Assembly: GCA_963693055.1 (NCBI GenBank)
Contig: OY843751.1
Span: forward strand, 5,632,001 to 5,696,000
Source of the DNA: a bacterium
GTDB taxonomy: Bacteria > Zhuqueibacterota > Zhuqueibacteria > Residuimicrobiales > Krinioviventaceae
Direction of reading: 5' to 3'
Length of the DNA: 64,000 bases
The notes beneath the pieces are model-generated. The model was not told the origin of the DNA. It ran no database searches and saw only the letters and a program-made list of their open reading frames with translations. Of this stretch, positions 9,226 through 18,717 are shown piece by piece. Made by a program: the position numbers and the translations under genes. Each line of letters begins with the position of its first letter. Position 1 is the first letter of the stretch.

Positions 9226-10416
9226 ATGCTATCAAGACCAGACAATAAAAAATCAATTCTTATTATTGATCAACCCGGGCCTGAATTGGATCAGCTCATC
9301 CAAAACTTGCAGGAAACCCGGTTACAGGTAGTACATATTGAAGACAGTCAAAAAGCCTGTGATTATTGTCTGCGCAATCAACCCGCAGTTATTATTACCG
9401 AACTGGCTTTTCCCAATTTTAGCGGAATACAATTTTTTAGACAAATTAAAAGCAACTTTATTACCAGCCAGATCCCTGTCATTGTTACCACCAAAGAGCC
9501 TCAGCTAGATGACCGCATCAAAAGCATGCAAATGGGTATTGATGACTATATAGTAAAGCCATATCATCCCGAAGAAGTTGTAGCCAGGGTCCATATCCTT
9601 TTAAATGAAGTTAAATCTTTGGACAAAAACAATACGGTTTTATCTCATGGATTCAAGGGCAATCTTGAAGAGATGAATGTTGTTGACATCATTAAAGCCA
9701 TGGAATTGGGTAAAATGTCCGGTATTATTTATCTAAACCGTGGGTTCAAAGAAGGTCAGATATTTATCAACCAGGGTCAAATCATTGACGCATTGATAGA
9801 AGGTTTTGAACCCGAACAAGCGCTTTCTCACATGTTGACCTGGTTAGAGGGTTCATTCTGGGTTTCTCTGCAAAATATAGATCGTAATAAAATGATCAGC
9901 ACCAACAATAAACATATTCTCTCTCATGGAACCAAAATGATCCAAAAATGGCGCAACATTGCTCGGCAGCTTCCTCCCATGAACACATCTCTTAAAACCA
10001 GCGATTCCGCGTCTGGCAGACCGGTTTCACCAATTGAAAAACAAATGCTGAATCACTACCATCAGCCCAAAACCATTATGCAGGGGATTGAAGAAAGCAA
10101 GCTCGACGATATTCATGCACTTGAATTGATTCGGGGACTGCTATCCAAAGGTCTTTTGGTTGCCAGACATGCACATTCAAACGCAGATGACCCTTTTGCA
10201 AAAATTGTTTTTGAACAGTTACAAAAAGAAGTAAACCAACAAAAAGAAACCTTTTCCGACATTACCTCTTATTTTATGCGAAATGCAGACAATACAACTC
10301 AAAGTACAGAGGGAGCTTTACTAAAACCGGAATATTCTAAAAACTCCAAAAAACCCTACAAAGTCTACTTGTCTCTTTCAGACTTGAAACGCATTAAAAA
10401 CAAATTATCTCAATAG
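9226..10416 (+). CDS. REC(pseudo)-DUF4388/PATAN domain protein
   Basis: REC with IITELAFP and GIDDYIVKP; GFKGNLEEMNVVDII...SGIIYL...GQIFINQGQIIDA...WLEGSF. Confidence 0.8.
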   Translation: MLSRPDNKKSILIIDQPGPELDQLIQNLQETRLQVVHIEDSQKACDYCLRNQPAVIITELAFPNFSGIQFFRQIKSNFITSQIPVIVTTKEPQLDDRIKSMQMGIDDYIVKPYHPEEVVARVHILLNEVKSLDKNNTVLSHGFKGNLEEMNVVDIIKAMELGKMSGIIYLNRGFKEGQIFINQGQIIDALIEGFEPEQALSHMLTWLEGSFWVSLQNIDRNKMISTNNKHILSHGTKMIQKWRNIARQLPPMNTSLKTSDSASGRPVSPIEKQMLNHYHQPKTIMQGIEESKLDDIHALELIRGLLSKGLLVARHAHSNADDPFAKIVFEQLQKEVNQQKETFSDITSYFMRNADNTTQSTEGALLKPEYSKNSKKPYKVYLSLSDLKRIKNKLSQ

Positions 10417-10430
10417 ACGGGGCACTTTTA

Positions 10431-10928
10431 ATGAAAGTCGGTGAAATTCTGGTTGTGGGATCAAGCGGAACATCACATCCCAATATCTTGCATGCAGTTT
10501 GTGATCAGGTCATGAAGTCTGATCAGGAAATTTTATTTGGAAAACTTGGCATTGGTCCTGAACTGACATTGTTTTTATATGCCATTACATCCAACAGAAA
10601 CAAGGCAACCATTGCCTGGGACCTCATCGCAAGGAAAATGATTGGTTCCATTATTGTTTTTGACTGGAATAATACGGAATCTTTTGAAAATGCAAAACAC
10701 AATTTGAGCTTGTTCAACCGAAAATTTGATGCCCCCTGCATTTTAGCAGCAGATGTAAAAAATAATCCTTTACCGGTTAATCCCAAAATTGTCAATCCTT
10801 TTGTTTCATTATCTCCCAAGGAAAAATTTAAATTTTTTAATGGTAGAAACCCTAAAAGTATAAAATCTCTATTGATATCGCTAACAGATGTAATAAGTGC
10901 GTATGCGTATCAGGATGAAATCGTATGA
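10431..10928 (+). CDS. Small GTPase-fold protein (MglA/CvnD-like) with degenerate P-loop
   Basis: ILVVGSSGTSHP (no GKT), FGKLGIGPELTLFLY, WDLIARKMIGSIIVFD...ESFENAK. Confidence 0.65.
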   Translation: MKVGEILVVGSSGTSHPNILHAVCDQVMKSDQEILFGKLGIGPELTLFLYAITSNRNKATIAWDLIARKMIGSIIVFDWNNTESFENAKHNLSLFNRKFDAPCILAADVKNNPLPVNPKIVNPFVSLSPKEKFKFFNGRNPKSIKSLLISLTDVISAYAYQDEIV

Positions 10929-11269
10929 CAAAGCAAAATCCTTTAAAACCAGAGATCAAACTCGAGATTCTAAAGCGCATCATCAAGGCAGAACCAGTTG
11001 GACCAATGATAGACGCCTTAAATCCGCACGAGATCATCCAGGTACACCGATTTGTACTCGAACGGGCCATGGATTTTGGTAAAGCCATCAAAGGTCCATC
11101 CTTTTCCAGCAGTGATATTACCAAATACATCAAGCCAATAAATTATGAAAATTTTGAAACCTCCGGTTCAGTAGCAGGTGACAAAAATCTGCTGGCAGCT
11201 CTGGAAACCACCCGCAAGCAAATTGATATCATTGTTAAAATTGCCCACCAATATGCAAAAATGGGATAA
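10925..11269 (+). CDS. Hypothetical helical protein, translationally coupled to the upstream gene
   Basis: 114-aa ORF with ATGA overlap. Confidence 0.65.
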   Translation: MTKQNPLKPEIKLEILKRIIKAEPVGPMIDALNPHEIIQVHRFVLERAMDFGKAIKGPSFSSSDITKYIKPINYENFETSGSVAGDKNLLAALETTRKQIDIIVKIAHQYAKMG

Positions 11270-11310
11270 ATAATCCTGTTTTTTCATTCAAAGGATATGT
11301 ATACTGTATT

Positions 11311-12231
11311 ATGAAAAGGCTATTTTGCATAATACTGTTTCTTGTTATTGGAACCTTAATCCCACCAGGTATTTCTGCTCCAAATGAATTCTTGATCCAG
11401 CAAAAAGAGAAAATCAGAGTCTATTATGCTCTAACAGACTCTGCAAATGCACGTATTGCTCTTGATAAGATGCTCGGATATTATAACGAAATATCTCATG
11501 ACCTTAGTATAAAAAATACTGACACATTACACATATATATCATACCTTCCCGCCAAATGTTCAAAGAAATCATTGACGGCCAACTTCCAAACTGGACGGG
11601 TGCATTTGCGTCACCAGCAAGCAACAGCATGTATGTTCGATCTCCCAATTGGGAGCATGACAGCAATTTCATCACCAACCTGGTCCATGAGCTGCTACAT
11701 TTGGTCATACATGAAAAAATGGGTGTTGCTCGTCTACCCCGCTGGATGGATGAAGGTCTGGCCATCTTTTATTCAAATGATTACAAATGGATATACAGCA
11801 CGGCGTTGTCAAAAGCTTTTGCAACGCGTTCTGTGCTGCCGCTTTATGATATTGATCGTGTTCTCAGTTTTCATCGGGCAAGAGCAGAGCTGGCATATCA
11901 GCAAAGTTACTCCGCTGTACAATATCTTTTGGCTACCTATGACATCGATGCAGTCAGAACAATTCTGTCAAGCCTGCAAAATCATGATTCTATTGACATG
12001 GCTTTTCAAAACGCTACCGGCAGTACATATGCTGTATTTGAAAAAGAGTGGCTTGACTATGCAAAAAAGAAATACAAATGGACCTGGTTGAACGATTTTG
12101 ACTCATATATCTGGACACTTATTATAATACTCTTCTTTATAGCAGGAATTGTTATAAGAATTCGTAACAGAAAAAAACTCGCAGAATGGGAAAAAATACC
12201 TCCCGACATTGAACTGTTAGATGAAGAATAA
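11311..12231 (+). CDS. Peptidase MA-family zinc metallopeptidase with signal peptide and C-terminal TM anchor
   Basis: HELLH...PRWMDEGLA...AYQQS; hydrophobic N- and C-termini. Confidence 0.85.
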   Translation: MKRLFCIILFLVIGTLIPPGISAPNEFLIQQKEKIRVYYALTDSANARIALDKMLGYYNEISHDLSIKNTDTLHIYIIPSRQMFKEIIDGQLPNWTGAFASPASNSMYVRSPNWEHDSNFITNLVHELLHLVIHEKMGVARLPRWMDEGLAIFYSNDYKWIYSTALSKAFATRSVLPLYDIDRVLSFHRARAELAYQQSYSAVQYLLATYDIDAVRTILSSLQNHDSIDMAFQNATGSTYAVFEKEWLDYAKKKYKWTWLNDFDSYIWTLIIILFFIAGIVIRIRNRKKLAEWEKIPPDIELLDEE

Positions 12232-12269
12232 TCAGTTGTATTCATTCCTGTTATTTCATATATTTACCA

Positions 12270-13187
12270 ATGAAAAATTTCAAGAATAATTTTGAATATT
12301 TCCTGGTATTAGCTGTTGGAAAACTTATCCGTATCCTGCCACTTTCTGCCGCATTGACTGTTGGCAAAGGTATTGGATTGATGTTCTATTATGTAATTCC
12401 AGTCCGTAAAAAAGTAGCAATTGAGAACCTAACAAACGCATTTCCTGAAAAATCTCTTCAAGAAATTGATCAAATCGTTAAAAACACATATATAAACCTT
12501 GCCCGCAACATGATAGAGTTTATGCGGACCCCCATTCACACCAAAGATTTTTTAGACTCGCACGTACATTTTGTTAATCCGGAAATACTAGATCAGGCAT
12601 ATGCGCAAAATAAAGGCGGCTTGTGCTTAACCGGGCATTTTGGAAACTGGGAATTGATGGGTGCGGCAATCTCGTCCAAAGGATTTCCCATGACAGGATT
12701 GGCAAAAGAACAGCGAAATAAAAAAGTGGGGAAACTCGTCGAAGACTATCGTAAAAAAACCAACCTGGGTACCATCCCCATGGGAATGGGTGTTAGAGGT
12801 GTTTTAAAAGCATTAAAAGAAAAAAAATTCGTGGCCATAGCATCAGACCAGGATGCACATTCAAAAGGTGTATTTGTAGATTTTCTGGGCAGACCATCAT
12901 CCACTGCACCTGGCGTTGCAACTTTGGCGTTAAAATCATGTGCGCCCATCATTTTTGGGACCTGTGTTCGTGATAAGGGTGGACATCATACCGTATACTT
13001 GGAACTGATAGATCACTCGGATCTTGAAGGCGTTAATGAAGAAAATATAAAAATCCTTACCCAGCGTCATGCAACCGCACTTGAAAAAAATGTACGGAAA
13101 TGGCCCGATCATTGGTTATGGATGCATAAACGATGGAAAACCAAACCTCCTGTAGAAAATGTATCGGAACCGGTAAATGGATCATAA
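12270..13187 (+). CDS. lpxL: Lipid A late acyltransferase (LpxL/HtrB family)
   Basis: GHFGNWE, DQD, VDFLG and WLWMHKRWK motifs. Confidence 0.88.
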   Translation: MKNFKNNFEYFLVLAVGKLIRILPLSAALTVGKGIGLMFYYVIPVRKKVAIENLTNAFPEKSLQEIDQIVKNTYINLARNMIEFMRTPIHTKDFLDSHVHFVNPEILDQAYAQNKGGLCLTGHFGNWELMGAAISSKGFPMTGLAKEQRNKKVGKLVEDYRKKTNLGTIPMGMGVRGVLKALKEKKFVAIASDQDAHSKGVFVDFLGRPSSTAPGVATLALKSCAPIIFGTCVRDKGGHHTVYLELIDHSDLEGVNEENIKILTQRHATALEKNVRKWPDHWLWMHKRWKTKPPVENVSEPVNGS

Positions 13188-14208
13188 TATACTGGTTATT
13201 CAAACTGCATTCATTGGTGATGTAATACTGACAACTCCTCTGCTGCAAGCCATAAAAAACATACATCCCGATGCTGAAATTGATGTAATTGTGGTTCCAA
13301 ACTCAAAAAATGTGTTGGAAAATAATCCAAATATTAATAATATTATAGAATATGATAAACGCGGTAAAGACAAAGGTTTTTTCAACTTTATTAGCCTTGC
13401 AAAAGAACTGAGAAAAAGAAAATATAAAAGTGTTATCATACCCCACCGATCCATGCGCAGTGCTGTTCTGGCACTGTTGACCGGCTCAAAGACACGAATC
13501 GGTTTTGATAAAAGTAGCGGATCCTTTTTATATACAAATTCTATAGCCTATCAATCAACGCTCCATGAAGTTGAAAGGAATCTGAATCTTTTACAGGATA
13601 TTGATAGTAAAATTATAAATAGCTCCGGGCCGCGGGTATACCCGGATGAAAATGATTATTCTGTTGTAGAAAATCATTTAGAAAATTTATCAGATACCCG
13701 CGCACTGGTTGCTGTGGCACCCGGTTCCGTTTGGAACACAAAAAAATGGCCGCAAAACCATTATCGTGAACTGGTTAAAGGACTGATTAATAAAAACTTG
13801 AATGTGATATTGATTGGAGGTCCTGATGACAAAAACCTGTGCAGCGATATTATGGGTAACTCGGATAGACGCAATGTCTTAAATCTGGCAGGTAAGTTAT
13901 CATTAAGACAATCTGCAGCAGTCTTGACCAAATGCAAGACATTGGTTTGTAACGATAGTGGCACTTTGCATTTAGGTGTAGCGGTTAACACAAAAGTCAT
14001 TGCCATTTTTGGCCCAACCGTACCCGCCTTTGGATTTTATCCCTATGGTAGCGGGCATACGGTGATTGAACATAAAGGTCTGAATTGCAGACCCTGTGCT
14101 ATTCACGGAAGTAAAAAATGTCCTATTGGGACCCATGTTTGCATGACAGAACTTGAGCCCCAAATGGTTTTAGATACATTACTAAATGTTATAGAGGTAA
14201 ACAAATAA
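13177..14208 (+). CDS. waaF: LPS heptosyltransferase II (GT9)
   Basis: FIGDVILTTP, APGSVWNTKKWP, NDSGTLH, FGPT, CRPC..HG...CP. Confidence 0.8.
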   Translation: MDHNILVIQTAFIGDVILTTPLLQAIKNIHPDAEIDVIVVPNSKNVLENNPNINNIIEYDKRGKDKGFFNFISLAKELRKRKYKSVIIPHRSMRSAVLALLTGSKTRIGFDKSSGSFLYTNSIAYQSTLHEVERNLNLLQDIDSKIINSSGPRVYPDENDYSVVENHLENLSDTRALVAVAPGSVWNTKKWPQNHYRELVKGLINKNLNVILIGGPDDKNLCSDIMGNSDRRNVLNLAGKLSLRQSAAVLTKCKTLVCNDSGTLHLGVAVNTKVIAIFGPTVPAFGFYPYGSGHTVIEHKGLNCRPCAIHGSKKCPIGTHVCMTELEPQMVLDTLLNVIEVNK

Positions 14209-14213
14209 AAAGC

Positions 14214-14855
14214 ATGAGCAACATACTGAAAATAGACAATATCCATCCAGAGTCCGATCTTATTGCTCGCGCAGCAAAAATTCTGAGAAATGGCGGTGTT
14301 ATTGGATATCCTACAGAAACGGTCTATGGTGTAGGGTGCAGTACATATATTGATCATGCGGTGAACCGTGTCTATGATCTTAAACATCGGGATAAAAGCA
14401 AAGCAATGATCCTGATTGCGGCAGACATCCTCCAGGTCAGTGATATTGTTGATGAAATTCCCGATGCCGCTGAAAAACTAATGGAAAATTTTTGGCCTGG
14501 CCCCCTCACCATTGTATTCAACACCTCCTCAGCTCTCAAAGATTTTGAATTTGGGCGATCCAAAACAATTGCTATACGGATCCCAGACAATCCCATTTGC
14601 CTCTCTTTATTAAAATTTACAGGATTTCCCCTGGTTTCTACCAGTGCTAATATTTCCGGGCAACCTGCAGCAACCACCGCTCAGGAAGTTGTCAATTACT
14701 TTGGAGATCAACTAGATCTGGTAATAGATGGGGGTATTACACCCTCTACAGATCCATCAACTGTAATTGACGTTACACGCAATCCTGCACGTATTATCCG
14801 GGAAGGTGCAATAACTCCTCTTGAAATAGGCACTGTAATCGACCTGGGATTTTAA
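14214..14855 (+). CDS. tsaC: L-threonylcarbamoyladenylate synthase (YrdC/Sua5)
   Basis: YPTETVYG, LKHR, FWPGPLT, STSANISG, PSTVID, REGAI motifs. Confidence 0.93.
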   Translation: MSNILKIDNIHPESDLIARAAKILRNGGVIGYPTETVYGVGCSTYIDHAVNRVYDLKHRDKSKAMILIAADILQVSDIVDEIPDAAEKLMENFWPGPLTIVFNTSSALKDFEFGRSKTIAIRIPDNPICLSLLKFTGFPLVSTSANISGQPAATTAQEVVNYFGDQLDLVIDGGITPSTDPSTVIDVTRNPARIIREGAITPLEIGTVIDLGF

Positions 14856-15877
14856 TGGCCGTTCAAAGAACAGACCCTCAACGTATATTAATCATCAGAA
14901 CTGACAGAATGGGCGACGTAGTGTTGTCAACGCCTGTACTTACAGCCATAAAAAACACCTGGCCACTCTCACATACCACCATGATGATTGCTCCATATAC
15001 CCATGACGTCATTTCCGGCCATCCGGATCTTGATGAAATCCTTATTGATGATGCCAAAGGAGAACACCAGGGTGTTAAAGGTCTATTCAAACTTGTTAGA
15101 TTAATTAGATCCAAAAGATTCGATACTGTTCTGGTTCTGCATCCCTCAACACGTTTGGCCATTCTCTGCTGGCTGGCAGGCATACCCAATCGGATTGGTA
15201 CAGGCTATAGATCATATTCGTTGCTGTTTAACACCAGAATTATGCAGCACAGAAAAAAAAGCGGCAGACACGAACTTGAATTAAATCTTGATCTGGCAAA
15301 AGCCATAGGAGCCAATGTTGAAAACATTGATTTTAAATTCCATATCCCTGAAAAAGCTGAACAACGCGTACAAATGCTGCTTGAACAGAACAAGATTAAA
15401 GACAAACCCTATATTGTAATCCATCCGGGCAGCGGAGGTTCCGCTCTTGACTGGCCAATAGAAAACTTTGCAGAACTTGCGAACCGATTGATTAACACAC
15501 ACAACATGCCTGTTGTGGTAACTGGTTCTGCATCTGAATCTCCACTGGCAGAGGCCATTGCTCAAAAAGCTATAGGGGTTATCCGCTTTGATGGTCAGCT
15601 GAATATAAAAGAACTTGCTTCTGTTTTAAAACATGCCGCCACAGTTACGGCAAACAGCACTGGCCCCTTGCATCTGGCAGTTGCAACCGGTAGTAATGTG
15701 GTTGGATTATATTGCACGCTTCAGGCATGTCATCCCAATCGATGGGGGCCCTATAATCAATTAGATACAGTAATAACTCCGCCGGAAGATGCGGATTATG
15801 GAGAGGGGAAAAATCCCATGCAATTAATACCTGTAGAACAGGTTTTAGATATGATCATAAAAAAAGCCCGGTTGTAA
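14855..15877 (+). CDS. GT9 family LPS core glycosyltransferase
   Basis: RTDRMGDVVLSTP, HPGSGGSALDWP, NSTGPLHLA, WGP motifs. Confidence 0.88.
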   Translation: MAVQRTDPQRILIIRTDRMGDVVLSTPVLTAIKNTWPLSHTTMMIAPYTHDVISGHPDLDEILIDDAKGEHQGVKGLFKLVRLIRSKRFDTVLVLHPSTRLAILCWLAGIPNRIGTGYRSYSLLFNTRIMQHRKKSGRHELELNLDLAKAIGANVENIDFKFHIPEKAEQRVQMLLEQNKIKDKPYIVIHPGSGGSALDWPIENFAELANRLINTHNMPVVVTGSASESPLAEAIAQKAIGVIRFDGQLNIKELASVLKHAATVTANSTGPLHLAVATGSNVVGLYCTLQACHPNRWGPYNQLDTVITPPEDADYGEGKNPMQLIPVEQVLDMIIKKARL

Positions 15878-15892
15878 TAACCGGGCTTTTTT
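15860..15892. terminator. Bidirectional Rho-independent terminator between convergent genes
   Basis: AAAAAAAGCCCGGTT-gtaat-AACCGGGCTTTTTT. Confidence 0.85.
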
Positions 15893-15896
15893 ATAA

Positions 15897-17228
15897 TTAA
15901 ACATTATCTGGTACAATAAAAGGTGCCCTATATTCACGGGTCAACATTGCGTTGGCCTCATCATCGTTTACATACATTTCTTTTTTAGGATCAAACTCGA
16001 GAGTTCTTTCCAAACGATAAGCTGTCATAGCCATGTGGTTCAATGCCGCGCTCAGGTGTCCTTCTTCCACATCGCCATTCAGAATCGTATAGTCACGTGC
16101 GCGTACAGCATCAATAAAATTCTGGTAATGATCACCACCAGCATTCGCATTTGGGCCTGGTTCCCGTTTACGACCAAAGAATGTATGCCAGCTATTATAA
16201 CTGTCAACTACAAGATATCCTTCTGAGCCATAAAAGATAATACCAACCGTATTACTGGGGCCTTCACCAATTCCTCCTTCGTGGTTGGTCATCCAGTGAC
16301 GTACCTCAAATTGCAGCATTTTCTTTTTATCACCACCGCCATCAGGATTCGGATATTCAAAAAACGCATGTTGAACATTTGGTGTTTCCTGATCATCATC
16401 AAACATCATATGACCACCCATAGACTGGATTTTGACAGGATGTGTATCGAGACCCAATCCCCAGCGAGCAACATCAAGTTGATGAACACCCTGGTTACCA
16501 ATATCACCATTACCATAATCCCAGTGCCAGTGCCAATTGTAATGAAAACGGTTTCTAGAGAACGGACGATTTGGAGCGGGTCCAAGCCATGTGTCATAAT
16601 GAACGCCTTCAGGTACAGGTTCATTCGGTGTATGGCCTATCGTGTTTCTCCATTTATAGCAAAGACCTTTGGCCATATAAACTTCACCCAATTGCCCGCT
16701 TTTCATAAACTCTACTGCCGCCTGAATAGCTATGGAACTGCGGATTTGCATACCACACTGTACCATTCTATTGTACTTGCGAGCGGCTTCAACCATTTTC
16801 CGGCCTTCAAAAATATTATGGCTGGCTGGTTTTTCAACATATACATCTTTGCCTGCCTGGCAAGCCCAAATGGTTCCTAACGCATGCCAATGGTTTGGTG
16901 TTGCCATGGCAACAACATCCACATCTTTATCTTCTAAAAGTTTTCGGATGTCAGTATATGTTTTTGGTTTTTTCCATCCCTTTTCTTCAAACTCTTTTGT
17001 CCGATCTTTTAAAACTTTTTCATCAACATCACAAAGTGTAGTTACTTCAACACCAGGTAATGCTTGAAATCCACGTATATGGCTTCCACCTCGTCCATGT
17101 ACACCTACACAAGCTACACGTATCTTGTCATTTGCACCGGCCCAGGTTTTGGGACCGATCATAACTGCTGAAGCAGCTGCAACTGCTGCAGAATTTTTCA
17201 CAAAATCTCTGCGTGTTATGTTAACCAT
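15897..17228 (-). CDS. Tat-exported Gfo/Idh/MocA oxidoreductase
   Basis: TRRDFVK Tat motif; ATPNHWH, KDVYVEKP, GNQGVHQLD. Confidence 0.9.
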   Translation of the reverse strand: MVNITRRDFVKNSAAVAAASAVMIGPKTWAGANDKIRVACVGVHGRGGSHIRGFQALPGVEVTTLCDVDEKVLKDRTKEFEEKGWKKPKTYTDIRKLLEDKDVDVVAMATPNHWHALGTIWACQAGKDVYVEKPASHNIFEGRKMVEAARKYNRMVQCGMQIRSSIAIQAAVEFMKSGQLGEVYMAKGLCYKWRNTIGHTPNEPVPEGVHYDTWLGPAPNRPFSRNRFHYNWHWHWDYGNGDIGNQGVHQLDVARWGLGLDTHPVKIQSMGGHMMFDDDQETPNVQHAFFEYPNPDGGGDKKKMLQFEVRHWMTNHEGGIGEGPSNTVGIIFYGSEGYLVVDSYNSWHTFFGRKREPGPNANAGGDHYQNFIDAVRARDYTILNGDVEEGHLSAALNHMAMTAYRLERTLEFDPKKEMYVNDDEANAMLTREYRAPFIVPDNV

Positions 17229-17389
17229 ACCCTTTCCTCCAAATGTATTTGGTTACTCCTTTATACTATATACATTTAAAGTTAAAATGTCCAGCAAAAA
17301 TATTAGCATGACAAAATTTTACATTTTAAAGCCTTGGTTTACGATATTTATTTTGCTATATTTGAAAAATTCAAAAAAATGAGAGTACT

Positions 17390-17803
17390 ATGACCCCGCA
17401 GCAAAATCTTGAAACATTAAAATCAAAAGGGCTTTCATTGTTGATCATCAAAGACGATGAAACTGTTTTTGAATCATATGATCCCATGTTGAAACCACTC
17501 TATACTGCACTCCAAACCAATCCGGAAGGAATGGAAGGTGCAATCCTTTTTGACAAAATTATTGGTAGAGCCGCGGCGAGTCTGTGCATACTTGGTAAAG
17601 TCAAAGAGATATATACTCCACTGGCAAGTGAAACAGCATTGTCACTTTTAGAGGAATATAATATTCCTATCACGGCAGAAAAAACCATTCCGGTTATCAT
17701 GAACCGCGATAATACAGATAAATGTCCTATGGAAAAAATGGCTCTGGCCAGCAAAACCCCGGAAGAATTTTTAGCGACCTTTCAGGCAAAAATCAAGGGA
17801 TAA
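17390..17803 (+). CDS. DUF1893 (TM1506-like) protein
   Basis: DKIIGRAAA and NRDNTDKCPME motifs. Confidence 0.8.
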   Translation: MTPQQNLETLKSKGLSLLIIKDDETVFESYDPMLKPLYTALQTNPEGMEGAILFDKIIGRAAASLCILGKVKEIYTPLASETALSLLEEYNIPITAEKTIPVIMNRDNTDKCPMEKMALASKTPEEFLATFQAKIKG

Positions 17804-17808
17804 TCAAT

Positions 17809-18717
17809 CTATTCAATAAACATTACTTCGCGTTCAAGCACCAGATTGTATTTTTCTTTTACGCGCTCTCGCAATATTTCTTCAAGCTGTAAGATATCTT
17901 TGGCTGTAGCATTTCCCCGGTTGTAAAATATATTCGCATGTTTGGGATGGATTCCTGCATCCCCCACTGTTGTTTCTTTGCTGCCAACAGAATCCAAATA
18001 CTTGGCCGCCGCAATGTTCATCCCATCAGGATTAGGTATATTTTTGAAAAAAGACCCGGCGGTTGCGATACTCCAATGCGGAAGCTTTTTGCTACGAATG
18101 GCGTGAATTTCTCTCACCCGTTTCAGGATGGCCTCGTACTCCCCTTTTTGTAATTCCAGACAAACGTCCAGCAAAATTGCCTTATTTTCTTTTAATGCGG
18201 AATGGCGATAGTTAAAGTTGAAAAAAGAGGCATCGACCTTTGCAACAGAACCATCAGGCATCAAAACAGTCGCAGACTTTACACATTCTCCAATATTCCG
18301 GCCATAAGCACCGGCATTGCCATAGATTGCCCCGCCAACGGTGCCGGGTATTCCGGAAGAGAATTCGAATCCTGTTAAAGAATTACAAATACAATATCTG
18401 TTTACTGCTGAAAGAGGTGTGCCGGCCTGCACATTGAGTGATGTGTCATTGATTTTTTCTATACCATCAAACGCAATGATAACTACTAATCCATCAAATC
18501 CTTTGTCAGAAAAGAAAACATTACTTCCCTGACCTAACGGCTGAATACGTATCCCGGCCTGTTTACAACACTGGTACAATTCAACAAAAGAATCAATAGA
18601 TGTAATTGTAACAAGATATTCTGCCGCACCCCCAATTCGAATATTAGTATAGGGCTTTAAATCAGCATTTTGTTTAATACCAAACTTTTCTATAATACTT
18701 TGAGGTACTTTATCCAC
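17809..18717 (-). CDS. murB: UDP-N-acetylmuramate dehydrogenase
   Basis: IGGAA, GQGSN, GIPGTVGGAIYGNAGAYG, YRHS, AGSFFKN, HAN, LEREV. Confidence 0.96.
   Translation of the reverse strand: MDKVPQSIIEKFGIKQNADLKPYTNIRIGGAAEYLVTITSIDSFVELYQCCKQAGIRIQPLGQGSNVFFSDKGFDGLVVIIAFDGIEKINDTSLNVQAGTPLSAVNRYCICNSLTGFEFSSGIPGTVGGAIYGNAGAYGRNIGECVKSATVLMPDGSVAKVDASFFNFNYRHSALKENKAILLDVCLELQKGEYEAILKRVREIHAIRSKKLPHWSIATAGSFFKNIPNPDGMNIAAAKYLDSVGSKETTVGDAGIHPKHANIFYNRGNATAKDILQLEEILRERVKEKYNLVLEREVMFIE

Noticed and set aside
16281-16880. Longer antisense or alternate-frame ORFs (e.g. 16281-16880, 11573-12091, 47849-48391, 48392-48886, 59346-59813)
   Set aside because: They overlap well-supported genes and show no recognisable motifs; treated as shadow ORFs.
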